The notes beneath the pieces were generated by a model. The model had not been told where the DNA came from, ran no database searches, and worked only from the letters and a program-made list of their open reading frames with translations. A DNA stretch of 63,220 nucleotides, filler included, from Phoronis australis (lineage: Eukaryota > Animalia > Phoronida): assembly GCA_002633005.1 (NCBI GenBank). It is 5 parts of 5 records of this genome, joined end to end, with 100 filler letters (N's around TTAATTAATTAA, not from the genome) between each part and the next. Parts side by side here need not be neighbours in the genome. Positions count along the whole stretch, not along the records: positions 20,803 to 47,200 come from NMRA01000916.1; positions 47,301 to 49,422 come from NMRA01003844.1; positions 49,523 to 60,779 come from NMRA01001480.1; 2 more parts are not named here. One strand, 5' to 3'. Positions 40,401 through 53,479 of the stretch are shown here, piece after piece (positions within the stretch are counted from its first letter, which is position 1; each line of letters starts with the position of its first letter). The position numbers and the translations under genes were made by a program.

Positions 40401-43019
40401 TGACTGAGAGCTCGATCGTGTTTTGTGATTCCACCAGACGGTCGCAGATGCCTGTCTGAGCGCGTGGTTGTGGCAATCGGTATAGGCCTACGTAGTAAAA
40501 TGACCAGCGTCCAAGTCGTATCCTTGAACCGATAGTCGCCTTACGCGGACGTCACGCAATTAGTTGGATTGTCGACTCTTCTCGTGATTGGTCGTCATCA
40601 CTGAAGACGATCGGCGATATGTTACAAGGTTACTGATTGAGTTGAGATTGTGTGCACTTTCGGAAATAGTTGTGAATTATGACACGGGACGCTATGGTAA
40701 CTTTTTCACTCAAGTGGATGCTATCAAGATTCCCGGCGAACGGGTAATATTAGTAGGTTCACACGGGGGTGGGATTGAAGTTGTACTCATGAAATGGGTT
40801 TCTGATTCACTCATAGCGCAAGTGATCAGTCGTATTAAGAGAACAGACGATAATCCAAATGGCTGTGTATCCATGAATAATAATTTTCTGAAGTTTAAAT
40901 CCCTACGTGTTAAGCCGACCTGTAATGCAGCGAAAGGAAAGACTATAAAACGTAAACCATTGAACAAATTGGTCCTTCAAACTTGAAGCAGTTTGGTTTT
41001 AAAAACTCATATTGCCACCGGCCCAACAGTACATTACACACGATAAAAACAAGAAATACACACCGCACAAAATTGTAGTTTCCGTCGGTGCTCCCTGCAT
41101 ATTGAAAATAGTTAACTTGGCTTACTTTGACCAGGAGTTTAGAGCCTCTGGCTGAATTGTAGGGGCGAATTTGGGCCTATACTCAGTTCAGTCCCTTCAG
41201 TTATTGATGAATGACCAGGCGGGAGTGAAAGAACCAACTACCACTCCAGGTAAGACAAAATTCCTTCCAGAACTCACAAAATTAGTACCATTCACTCGGA
41301 CACATTGTTGTAGAAGGGTCACCTCTTCAAAGTTGATTTGCAGTAGCTCCGAGCTCAGCAGGACATTTGTGGAACTTCCCAAGAGGGAACGCCCGGCACA
41401 GACTCAGAGATTGCGACTGCGGTGGCGACATCGGCTGGGGTTCAGCAAAACTAAAGTTTCAATGATAACCCAATTCTGGCTAATTCCCCATTCAGAAGCC
41501 CGGATCGTCGACTTTTCCAGTTTGACCTTAGTGTGAGTCCTAATAGGCCTACAGCTATTTTAATGACTTATCAAAAAATGTTCATTGTATAAAGAATCAT
41601 TGCAAAAACCTAAAGCAGTTATATGAACCACGTTTGCGTGTCGAAAATAACTTTATTCCCAGACGTATACGCTTCCAAAACTGTTTTCTTGTCATAACAG
41701 GTCAGAAGTGAAATTGGTTTCTAACGTGTCAGAACCTTGAATTTTCGGTTTCAGAGCAGAAATCGATTCGTGCTGCGACTTGAAACTCAAAGCTGAGATT
41801 TATATGAAGCCATAACAAACTGTCAGTTAATTGTTTCGATTCATGTTTATCAATGAAGGATGTGAACGTAAGCATGGTAACATGCTTAGAGCGAATCGAG
41901 TAAAATTAAAGCAGCGATTTAGTTGATGTATTCTTCACGAGAATTTTGAAAAGTTATCTTGCATTTCCGAAATCATATAGTTATGGCTGAGACTGACGTA
42001 CCCGATCAAATTAAGATGTGTAGAGTCGAAGGAATGCCAAGGGTACCGGACTGAAACAAACTCGCTCCTTGTACTGGTATTCCTCGGATGCCGCAGGCCT
42101 ATGGGGAGGAGAGGGTAGTCAACTTCAATTATGGAAAGAAAACTGTCCGCGTAGCACCTAAAAACCTCATGCAGGGAGCGTTTTTGGTCGTCTCCGGAAG
42201 CTCCCTCGAGCTCCCATCACTAAGCCACCTACTATGTTGATCTTCAATTCTCGCTACGGCTAACGGTAGAAACAAGCCTTCCACGACAGAAATCACACAC
42301 CGTTATGAAATTAGTCTCCCAAAATCCAATTTCGAGTTAGACTTGGAGTCAAAAAGAATAGACCCCTGGCCAGGTTTTCCAAGCCCAAAATCAGCAAACT
42401 TAAATCTGTTGAGTGCCACTTACTATTGGGCTTTCAAAAGTTAGGCTGCGGCCGCGGCCAATTCGGATTGCCAAAATATTAAAGTCTACGGATAGGCCAG
42501 GATTGGGGGCAATCGATTTAGGTAGGTATTACATGTACATGTACATGCAGTGTAAGTGAAGGTGATTTTTTAATTTGTGTTTGTGAACATGCCGAGAATG
42601 AAAAATACCACTTGGTCGGCAGTAGCTGCAGTTCTCTTCAAGATTGCGGCTCCCTGCTGCATTTGTGCATTGCTGGGTAGCGAAATTGGCCTCGATTTTC
42701 GGGTAGCCCTGAACAAGCCAAATTTGCAAAAAAAGTGGCAGTACTTTTGGACCACATCTTTGAAATTGATATGAAATTTGCTTTCAGAATCTAATGTTGG
42801 CTTCAGTCGAGCATCGGCAGGGAAGTGGTGGTTTTGGGGTGAAAAGTGCAAATTTTGGGGGCGGTTTGTCCCTTTTTCTTAGGTTACCTAATTGCTTTTC
42901 AGCAGGAGTCAGATAGCCGGAGTCAAATTCTGTGCTCGTCTTGAAGCTCGTGATGTGAAATTACTCGGATCTTTTGCATACAGCGACAGAGTGAAGAAAG
43001 GTTGACGGGTCCATTGACG

Positions 43020-43125
43020 TGTGCTCTGATTGGCAAACCTGTGAGAACTGTTCTGTGACGGTCCCCTTGTGTCTGTAATTACGTCATCAGTACCCGGAAG
43101 TAAGCCTTGGAAGCAATGGCGGTGG
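43020..43125. promoter_or_regulatory. Promoter-like motif cluster (CCAAT, CRE-like, ETS, YY1)
   Basis: gattgg, tacgtcat, ccggaagt and aatggcgg within ~100 bp; no linked CDS identified. Confidence 0.3.
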
Positions 43126-43849
43126 TCAAGGAGAGCACGCACAATCCGAGATATCGCGAGTTGCTAGTTGAAGACGATCGGCTAAATCAAGACTACGCAT
43201 TGTAATTTATCGTAGGCACAGACCTCTACTGTTTTTGGATTCGGTGATTTTGCAGTGATCGAGTGTTGAAGGTCCAAGTTTAAATTCTTTAAAGCGCGTG
43301 AGAATTAAGTTAATTAATTCAGTTGTGAGCTAAACACAATTTAAAAGGTCCCATTGGCTATGCAAGAAGGATCAGAAAGGCGGTCTGGACTTTAAAACAG
43401 CACAATGAACAGAGACGATGGCGCTCACAGTTCGACTCAGCCCTGTGTACAACCCTGTATTACGCCCAGCGACACCGAGCGGCAAGACATCACACTGATG
43501 AAGGCTTCAGCCAATCTGAGAAGAAATTTGCCGTAGTTTTTTCAATTTATCTGTGGAGGCACTAAAAGCGCCAAATGTATTAACTGAGACCAAACGGGCA
43601 GGTAACGAAGTACGAGTTGTCCGAAATCTGCCTAGTCACTTTTGTACTTTCTAAAATGCTTGAGACATTTTACAACGTGATCAACCCTTCCTCAGTCCCC
43701 AACCAAAACAAAGGCAACGGGCACAGGATACGAGTCACACTTTGACTGCCGGCCTTCAGAAGTCGAGCGGATTGTGGTACCTCCTCGCTTTGAGTGTAAA
43801 AATATGTTTGCTTTTGTACATAGCCTTATAAGGTTATCTAAAACATGAT

Positions 43850-45290
43850 TTAGTGAATTTCATTTTGACTCATATCAAAAAAGGCTATGCCAATTAACTA
43901 GTAAAAGTATATATTTTTGAACGAAATAAGATCAGAAACTATAAAGGCATGTTTTATACTGATGTGTCATTATGATATCACGGTAACACTTTTTAAGAAA
44001 GGCACACCCATAAGAAAATAAGAAAATAGCTGCTTGGTAGAATTTAACAAAACACCTTTTAAGTGAAAATTTCACAATTTACCTCAAAAACTTTGTTAAG
44101 AATTTTCGATTACTCGTTTAGTTTTGTTTCTATACCAAATTAACTGGCACGTAAGGTATTTTTTTAAAAAATTAGCAGTCGTAATCGTCTATCCACGGTA
44201 AGTTTGAAAGGAAAATCCTAAGGGAGTTTTTTGAGATTGTTGAGTAAATATTAATATTGGAAAGTTTCAGTGAAATTCATCGGGCTGTTTTCGAAAACTC
44301 GTGTTCCTAAGTTGGATTTAAGTCGAGTTTCCGAAGCCGAGAAAAGCGGAAAACGTCGCAGGTTTTCAAGTTCACTGAAAATCTGACGGTGATCGCTTAA
44401 TGATTCGGTGAAAACTTATTTTTGATGAATATATCTTATCTTAACAAAGTTCACTATTTCAACATTTACTCGCAATGTCAAGTGAGTTTGCAGTGCGTAA
44501 TTAACTTATTTATCACTAAAACATTTTAATTTAGTGAATGTGCATCGAGTCGAGGCAGAGTCAAGTGTTGACCTACTTAATGGTAGGTCTACAGTTCACC
44601 ACGCGCTGGGAGACTGATATGAAACCAAGTACGAAATGGACAACAGAAATCGAGATGGTGGTTAAAGCGCGTCGTGAGCATGAGACGAAACATCGAAATG
44701 ATCAAATTACTGATCAAATTAATGAATTTCGATAAGAATTTATCTCTTTTCACAACTTGGTGATTGTATATTATTTTGGTTATTTTTGTCAATTTTAATT
44801 CTTGAATAAATATTAATATTGAAAAGTTTCAGTGAAATCCACCGAGTCGTTTTATAGATTTGTTTTCGTGCTATTAAAATAGCACTTGTTGCAAATATTG
44901 CCATACTCTAGTTGTTTATATATTACTATTGGTATTTTTGTGTTAGCGTTCGTTGTTGTACTTCACTGCCGACATTTTCTTCTTACTTACGTATACTACT
45001 AATTACTTCGTGAACACAAAGTGGCAGAGGCGTTGAGGCTACTCGGACTCGGTGCATTCGTTTCGACGCATAACTCCCACACCATCGAAAATACGTTTTG
45101 TCTTCGTTTTTCCCGGCATCTTTCTATCCTGCATCTCGTTGACTCAATATTATGGCGACTCGGTGAGTGAAAGTGCTGAGGGTACGTACACCTGTACAGA
45201 ACTGCTCAGTCTATGCCTGGCGGGAGATTCTATGCGAGTAACAGCCCTGTAGCCTTTGACTTCGGATAAATAGTAAACAAATTTCCAGAC
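43850..45290. repeat. Dispersed long repeat, copy A
   Basis: Colinear similarity blocks with 56815-57460 and 58790-59285 (e.g. aactagtaaaagtata, ctcgtgttcctaa, gacctacttaa..gtaggtc, ctcgttgactcaa.attatgg). Confidence 0.75.
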
Positions 45291-47200
45291 TACTGTGCTA
45301 TTCTAAAGTGGTTCTGATAAATCGGAAAGTATTTCGTATTTGAAGTTTCCGAGAATTAAGATAATGTATTTTGCTAGACGTAGATGAAATAATGTAAAAA
45401 CAGCCAATTTGTTTCTAAATAAGGTGCGAGATATCTTTAAAACATATTTAGAGACTGTGTATAATTTCTAAAATGTGAGTCATCTGTGAAATTATTCGGC
45501 AATACACTGTCTCTACTCTGGTCTCATTTTTCATAGATTTGTGTTCGTGAGTTCCTGGCGAACGAAAATTTTCAACTGAATGCAAACGTTAGCAAAACCA
45601 CGCTTACTGGGCCGATTTAAAAAACGCTGTTTTCTCTCATTTTTTTCAAATAATATTGCCAAATTTACATAAAACGCAAATCAGCAAGAGTAGAAGGCGT
45701 TAGATCGTAATCATCTGATCGCCTCTGCTTATGAATCTGAAGTCAAGCATTTACATTGTATCCTCGCTCGTGACTCGATAAATATTTAAATTCTTATCTG
45801 CTGTCAACGGCTTGAACTGAAATCGGACGTGATACGAAACCGTCACTTCCGAAACGTTGCAAAGGGTTTTCGTATTCTATCCTTATCTCAGTCGTTTAAA
45901 GAGGATGTTCACAGCAAGCTGTCCAAGTAACATTCAAAGTCCTTACTTTCTTCTTCGTGATTTACACATTTTGATAATTAACCACTGTTTCAGATTCCAG
46001 GGTAACACTTTAACAGTCACTTGTGTGTAACTAATTAGATCAGGAATTGGGCTGACAGTTTTTCTTTAGGTCATTTTAACCATTACAAAGTCAAATACGT
46101 AGTAGGTCGAACAAGTTGCAAGCCGTGGAGGTCATAAGAGTGGGCACACCAATGTGTCTTCACTTACCGTTCGAACATCTGTCCTTTAGCCACCTTGAAA
46201 ACGTCATACAACCAGCAACAAAATAGTCATGCACACAAAGAAATTCCTTCTCGGTCAGTGAGTCCGTAGATATGTTTCGCGATGCACTTACTTTCATGCA
46301 CCGGCATGTGGTTTTTCAAGCGGTGCATCCGTAATATTTAGTACTCAACTTGGTATGACGGAGTTTTTGTAATAATAGAATTCAACGTTTTCCACAACTC
46401 CATGAAGAAATTTTAAGTTGAAAACAAAAATGACGGAGGCTTATTCGAAAGATCTTCAGGCTTCATTTGTTCGTGACTTGGAAACATATAATTCGCGTGC
46501 ACAAATCCACATGGCAAGTGGATAAATGTGTGTGTGAGGTATCATTTGTTTCCCATTTCAGGTAATTAAGTTTCGCGATCCACTAGGACGAGTAAACGAC
46601 ATAAAATGTCGATTTAAAACATGTGGCTTCGTCATGTTCAGATACGACGTGTCTAAAGAAGCTATCAGTGTACCTAAGGTAACTAAAGATAAGTGCTGTG
46701 AATTAGAAAATTATAAATATGAGCAAAATACTTCAAAAACGGGGGAAACTTCATTACGAATCCCATTTTGTTTGCCAAAATAACCGATATCAACACCAAA
46801 TTTTTTAGATCTAGAAAGAGTTTTAAATGAGCGACAGCGGAAGTTTGAATCTGCACTGGAGCTGATCTCAGAAAATCACTTGTCTTGCCGAGAGCGTCAT
46901 TTTAGTTTGGCTTGTCCCAGCCAACAAAGGGTTCTTCTTGTTCATTGAAACTGGTTATCGTCGACGTTGTTCTCGTGAATGATTAGTCATAGTGGAAATT
47001 TTAGCTAGTCGTTTGGAATAGCTCCTAAGATGGGAATGATGAAAATTCTGACATCCGGTTTCGCTCGAGGCTGTGTTCCACTGTTTCTTGAGTTCACAGT
47101 TCACATCTACAGAATAAAAGTAGCGGACGTTTAGCATACGAGGCATTTGTGCTTTCAAGTCGAAGCATACCGGGAGGTCGTCATTTCAGAATAAGGGAGT

Positions 47201-47300
47201 NNNNNNNNNNNNNNNNNNNNNNNNNNNNNNNNNNNNNNNNNNNNTTAATTAATTAANNNNNNNNNNNNNNNNNNNNNNNNNNNNNNNNNNNNNNNNNNNN
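47201..47300. other. Artificial contig spacer N44-TTAATTAATTAA-N44
   Basis: Same 100-bp structure. Confidence 0.95.
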
Positions 47301-47425
47301 TCTGTGTCCTTGTGCACAGAAGTTTATCTGCATTGCTCCAGTCGACTTAGCTTTAGTGTATGAATGAGTTCCTGGCGGAAGTAACCTGCAATGGATGTGT
47401 GGCTTATACAGGGAGAGTTGGTGAG
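47301..47425 (+). mobile_element. Degenerate SINE fragment
   Basis: gtgtccttg...ttgctccagtcgac..agct...aatgagttcctgg...aacctgcaatgga...cagggag follows a typical tRNA-SINE core layout. Confidence 0.45.
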
Positions 47426-47760
47426 AGAGGCAGGCTGGCTTCCCTGGTGTTTACTAACAGTACAAACCAAAACATTTCGAAGGAAGTGTCTTGGAATTTC
47501 GCGTCACGACAACTAGGTGGAAATCGAATTCATCGTCGGAATAGTCCTCCTGCACGACTGAGAATGAAGAGAAATTAACAGGAAAACGGTGTTTTGTCCG
47601 ATTACTTTTCAATCGTACTGTACCTTGTTATTGATAAGTCAATAGAAAGTTTTACTAAGCAAGTCTTCGAAATCCAGTGTCATCACTTTACACGTCAGAT
47701 TTCTTCACTAGATGTCATTCAAATAGAAACAGCTTCAGTACACTAGCGAACTGTTTGATG

Positions 47761-47774
47761 GTTGCCATGGCAAC
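47761..47774. promoter_or_regulatory. Perfect palindromic RFX X-box
   Basis: GTTGCCATGGCAAC. Confidence 0.4.
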
Positions 47775-47840
47775 ATTACGATGCGCTGTAATGACCCGCT
47801 CTTAATGTTACCCCCGATTAGTTGTCTGTTGCCGTTTCAG

Positions 47841-47958
47841 CCACGCCTAACTTTTCCCCGCCACCTGCTAACTTTGTTTGCGAGTTCACCCCACCTGTGT
47901 CCGCCCCGCCCAGTGGTCAGCAGAGGTCCAAGAAGGGGAAAAAGGTGGCGGCTAAAAG
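47841..47958 (+). CDS. Orphan internal exon, Pro-rich with basic cluster; gene unknown
   Basis: gtttcag|...AAAAG|gtgagt; GC-rich; open reading TPNFSPPPANFVCEFTPPVSAPPSGQQRSKKGKKVAAK. Confidence 0.5.
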
Positions 47959-49199
47959 GTGAGTCATTTTTTACATAAAATCTATAGTTCAAAAATTTTT
48001 TCGCCATTTAATGAAGTGATCGGGAGAGGGAGTGAGAGGGAAAAATTTATTGGGAACCATAAATACACAAATGTGTACAAAAAATTACAGCATACTATAC
48101 GTGGTTCATAGGGGGCGCTGGATGGTATGGAACCATTTATGTCAGAAGCCACCATGACAGTTGATTGATTAATACAGTGCTTGTCAATCAAATTGGACAT
48201 GATCATATCTCAAACTAAGTTCTGTATCAAGAAAAAAGCCAAATAATAGAAAGAAAACTGTACATTACACTTGATATACTATGGCAGTGACATCGTCCAA
48301 ATTACTGTTTGCATTCTTCTCTACATTAGTGAGAAGTTTGTTTCCTGAAAACCTTTTACTAAAGAACAGTCAGAACAGGTGAATAATATCCTCTGACTGC
48401 ATGACAGGAAGCTGCTTAAAGCAAAACCTCTAGCCTCTATTTGTAACAATATCTTATTTGTTGCAATTATTCTATGGACCATTCTCATCTGCATATGCAT
48501 AGTTAATTGGGCTAAAGTTAAGAGTATTCTGCGAAATGGCTTGCTATTTGTCATTTGACTTTTTAACTCCAAAAACATGTTACCATTTTGGTAAAAAACA
48601 GACAAATTTATTACTTTTTTGCTAAAATGTGATGCGTCTAACTTAGAATTTATGTGGCAAAAACTTTATTTCATTATGGTGAAACGGGAGTGTAAGACAA
48701 GATATCTGACTTGAACCTCAAGTAACCCCTTGTGAAACAATGTCCTGCCAATGTCTGCACTAAGATCTTTCCGTTTCAGTGCCAAAAGCAAAACCGACTT
48801 GAGTTCTACAGCCAATGATGTCTACCAGTTTCCCAGCCAGGCAGTAAGTCATTGTGGATGCAGAAAAAGTCACTAGACACTGCTGTCTTGAGCGTCCAGG
48901 GCTTTGGAATAAATCGTGTGCATTTGAAACGTCGTAAGAAAAAGTACCCATAATTCCTGGTTTGGCATAGTGTCGCGAGTTCTCATTACAGAGGCCCAGA
49001 TGGCAGCACGGTATTTCATTATATAACAAAATGCTAAGTCAGTGTATTATCATTCCAGGTATTTTCTTATTAGGAAACATTTATTATGTTAGTATGGAGT
49101 TTTCTCACTTCAAGACAGTCGCACGTTTCGAAGCCATTGACTAACTAGCATTTTGTAAGGTAGGGCACGGTGGTGTCTAGGGTAAAATAGGCCGTCAGT

Positions 49200-49422
49200 T
49201 TAAATTTTATGCGCCCACATATAAATATGAGCATGAGTGACTACCGGTGTGCCTCCTAGTGGCAATTTTATATTTTTTCTGTTTACTGGTCTGTATTTTT
49301 GAAAGTTCTCAACGGATTGTCATAAAATTTTGCAAATAGGTATTTATTAGTGAGATGACACTACCTTCTGTTTTCGGTTGGATTCAAGGTATTTCGCACC
49401 ACCTAGTGGCTATTTTTATTGT
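49200..49422. repeat. Fragment of the CCTAGTGG-bearing ~146-bp subunit repeat family
   Basis: gcctcctagtggc 49251-49263 and gcaccacctagtggc 49396-49410; similar to 59300-60220. Confidence 0.7.
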
Positions 49423-49522
49423 NNNNNNNNNNNNNNNNNNNNNNNNNNNNNNNNNNNNNNNNNNNNTTAATTAATTAANNNNNNNNNNNNNNNNNNNNNN
49501 NNNNNNNNNNNNNNNNNNNNNN
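49423..49522. other. Artificial contig spacer N44-TTAATTAATTAA-N44
   Basis: Same 100-bp structure. Confidence 0.95.
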
Positions 49523-52089
49523 CATAACATTCAAAACGGCTCTGCTTTTGCGGAGAGATTTTTAGCCGTCCATGCCGGTTTGACCGTGACCTTGACCTCC
49601 TGGGTGCAATATTATGTATGTATTACATTATTGAGGAGAGCATGCCCGGCATAAATTTAAGGACGTCTGAGGGCTGTGATGTCCTCTAGCGGTTCTGTAT
49701 CAACCAAGCATTTTGATGTATGGAATTTGGCAAGAATGTGACAGCGATTGCCTTGTTTCAGATGAATATAATTTATGCTGCACCACCTAGAGGTTTTTTA
49801 TTTTATATATTACATATTATTAACATCCCTGGAAGCATACTGCCAGAGATGAAATCTTCGGCACTTTCCGTTTTTCCTGTTTTTGTATGATGCTGACAAA
49901 AATTGCAGTGTGATGTAGACTATGGTTTGATTTTTACTTCTTTTGATCAAAGATTTCGATACACAAAACTTAACATTCACAACCAGCGTTAACACCCACA
50001 CGTGTATAATACACATATGCACTACAATCAATTTACAGGTGGGAAACTAAAGTGTCCTATCCATAGCTCGATGTCAACCATGACCCAAGGCTGCGTTGTA
50101 GATAATAAAACACTTAAGTTCCCCGATACCTTAAGTAAAATAATTTGACATTTTCTTAGTCTGTATTTAAAATTCATAGCACCACTGCAATTGCCCCTTT
50201 TGAAATTCTGTATCTGCTAGTGGTTTACATCTGATGCCCAGATTAACCAATGACATTGCTAGCCCTATGTAGTATTTTTATGTACATCTCGAATTCATAT
50301 TGTGTTAGGGATGTTCTATAATCACGATTGGAATCTTCTGGTCCATTCTCATCTGAACCTGCAATGCTTCGTCGAATCTACGTTGCGATCGTCATCACTA
50401 AAATGAAAGTCCCGGTGATAATTGTAAATACAACTGGCTGAAACGTTGCTTCAAGAACTGTTGAGTGGAGGTTGGCGAAAACACTCCTATAGAAATAGCA
50501 ATAGCCAATATACGTTTTCTGTGCATTGAATAGTTAGCCAAAATGTAGGATTTCTCAAAGTTACACGCTTGGGCGCGCCCTGAAATATTGACTGCACTGC
50601 GTAATGAGTAAACCGGTGCGCCATCTGATGAGCAGCAGAAAAATTACTACCCGGAAGATTTTCACCTTTAGAGGATCAGTGCTCCCCGTGGGTCTTCGGT
50701 ACTTGAAAGGTATGGTTAGCAACAACCATTCAATCAAGTATGATTTTTGGCTTGTCTCGTGTTAATATACGTTCCTATGTTTTCGGAAGCACTTAACGTT
50801 ACTAGACGTCAAGCAGACATTACAGGACCGACCGTCTTGAGGCCGTAATTTCAGCTTTAATAGTAAAGTTCTGAGCACTAGCCGCAAGAATTTTAATGTA
50901 ATTCCGATTTCGAGCTTTAAAAAGTCTTAACGATCTTGTTGAAATCGTTTTTGTTACTCATAAATGTTTAGAACTTTGTTGGTTTGTTAATGGGAGTGTG
51001 ACAGTAATGGCGAACAGGACGACCGATATCAGCGAAGTGGGTGGTTTCAATCAAAGCATGCAGGACACACAGGTCGCTGTCCACGAATGTTTTAATAGAT
51101 ATGTACTCTAAAAAGGCTCAGCTTTCACATGCAGTATGTTACATTTCTGAGTGTTTTTGCGCGGTAAAAGAAATAACGATCGAATAAAGGGCGTTTCCAC
51201 CAGTTACACAGCTTGACTCAGGTGGAATGAATAAGTAACAAAAATAGCTAATTTGTGAATATGTTTCAACTATGAGTTTTACATTTTCATTTAGACAGAA
51301 GATGTGTTGATTCAGTATGTCATTCTTAGTTTCTGTTAATTTGTCGTTGTTGCACAGTGATGCAACAAAAATGCTAACATTTGATGGTTTCCGAAGCCAT
51401 AAACTAGCCAAAAATTTCGAGGGGGCAGTTTTTTGTGAAGAAGTTAGATATTTTAAATAAAATTATTTCAGGTGTTGACCATTCCACCTAAGATTAAAAA
51501 CAAGCTATATTTCAAAATATCCGTGACATGTTATGTTCCCGCATCGGCCGGAATTTCTCATGCAGTGACTCCTAAACACTCAAAACGCTTTTGATTCCGG
51601 CCAGTGGCTCGGAACCCGAACAGGCCCGTCGCGGCCGGACTGAAGACATCTCGATCATAAAGCAGCCAAAGTTGGAAACTAAACTTCCAGTCACGAAAAG
51701 ACTATACTAGTGAGCCAAAGAAATAATGTGCACGTGATTTTTTTGGTTACTAGTTTAGCCACGAAACTGCAAATATACTTACTCGTCAGGCATGGCATGT
51801 TTAATTGAGTTTAATTGTTTCACAACAGCTTTTTGTCAGCAAACACTGAATTAGCATGCGGTCACACAGCCTCGGTGCTTTATTGATTCATTCATTGCTG
51901 GTTTCTCAAAACATTTGCACTCACAAAAGCATTACGAATTGTATCTAAAGAGACTGACGTAGACACTTCGTTTTAGTTTTTTATAAGCTTTGGTTAGGGT
52001 GAGAATAATTCACTGAGTTTAAAACAGAACACACGATAATAAACGTCAACATGACCACTTGTAATCCCGACTTCGACGAGTGCTCATCA

Positions 52090-52338
52090 GTCTCTTTTTC
52101 TGCCCTGGCATGAGCTGTTTGGTAAGCCGGTATTCGTCAGTTAAATCACTGTCGACGAAATGCCGGCCTCAGACACGGACATGTTTCACAACCTCATACT
52201 TGGTATTAACGGCATGCTTTTCATGTTTCACTGCTGTGAGCCACTTCAGAAGCATTTCGGGCTTTCAAGGAAATTGAAAAAAACCGCTTTCTTCGCAGCA
52301 TCATAGTAAGCACAGGCGGGAACGATACATTACATCAT
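52090..52338 (-). pseudogene. Decayed THAP zinc-finger domain (transposon-derived)
   Basis: MM*CIVPACAYYDAAKKSGFFQFP*KPEMLLKWLTAVKH...HVRV*GRHFVDSDL...KKRL: C-x-V-P-x-C, FxFP, W and (C)xxHF THAP signature, with 3 in-frame stops. Confidence 0.75.
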
Positions 52339-53340
52339 TGCGGCACTCACTTTGCAGAAGAACCACTGACGTCGCTGCGTCGTTTACTCACCTTCCTCAC
52401 AGGTTAACGCGACACCTTTCGGCGAGGTAAGATCGACCGTATAAGATATGATGTGGACATAGACCGATTAAAACGGTAAAGAAACTTTAAATCGGGTGGC
52501 ATTCTCCTTTAAACCTTCTTTTGTGGCACTTTATATCACAGCTGTGAATTCAATGTTCCCAAACCTGGACAATTCAACATAGGCGACTTCAGTTGAAAGT
52601 GTCTCAGCTCTACGGACCTGAGTGTGACGTATGACCCAGATCAAGTGCGTCTTGACCATCAAAACACTCGAGTTTTTTTGTAAAAACGTAAACCATATTC
52701 GCGCTTCTCCGATGTCTCGCAGGAAAGTTAAAAGAGTGACAGCGTGGTCAAACACTTCGAGGTCTCGATCACCATAAACGCAACGCCACGCCTTTCGTTA
52801 TTAGACCAAAAATCACGGGAAAATGAGCATAAATATTTGACAACTCGTCCTTCCACTAAACACATTGGATGATGACCAATGTTATGATTGGTGATCCCAA
52901 TTTTACGTAGTAGGTATCGACTAATAAAGGCTTGTAACTCGAGATCAGCTAATTAACTTATCGTCAGAAAGTGTTTACCGATGTTCTAATTTGGCAGGTA
53001 ATCGACTCGTGGGATTTTTTGGTATTTTTTATGTTGGCACTTAAGGCATGCAACATACACGGGATAGCCGCTGACGTCACCCAGTGAAGCATGAGCCTGT
53101 GTACAAAACAATTGATCAAATACGCTCTGGCATGTAGTTACGAAACTCGTTAAAGCAAAAGTTGTTGTTTTTGCGATGGAAGCCGAAATAACAGCTGATA
53201 CAAAGACTTAATTCTTTGTTATCGCTTTCCGGTTTAAAGTCAGTAAATAACGCAGTTTCTGTCAGCTGACGACGTAAGTACAGTTTTGGGACATCCTGCA
53301 TATTTTACATTAAGCATTCGGTTTTTCTGTCTTTGCACAG

Positions 53341-53479
53341 TTATCTTTGACCATACCTCACCTGCCTCAAGACAACATGTTCACATGTGTGTTTGGTAAC
53401 ATCTCCTCACCGGCTACCAAGGCACCATCTGGTGTTCAGTGTATGACACCTGATCCGAAGCTGTTTGATCACAGTAGTG
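53341..53479 (+). CDS. Plexin exon (TIG1)
   Basis: gcacag| ... G|gtgagt. Confidence 0.85.

Noticed and set aside
40588-40986. 132-aa ORF as a possible plexin Sema exon
   Set aside because: No recognisable Sema motifs or clear splice boundaries, and it lies on a different contig from the plexin exons.
41201-41249. 49-nt candidate exon (cttcag|...CCAG|gtaaga; LLMNDQAGVKEPTTTP)
   Set aside because: Good splice sites but no partner exons or recognisable homology.
43495-43530. CTGATGA-AGGC-TTCA-GCC as a second hammerhead
   Set aside because: GAAA is missing after stem II. The CTGATGA at ~1586 and ~50625 likewise lacks a convincing stem II-GAAA.
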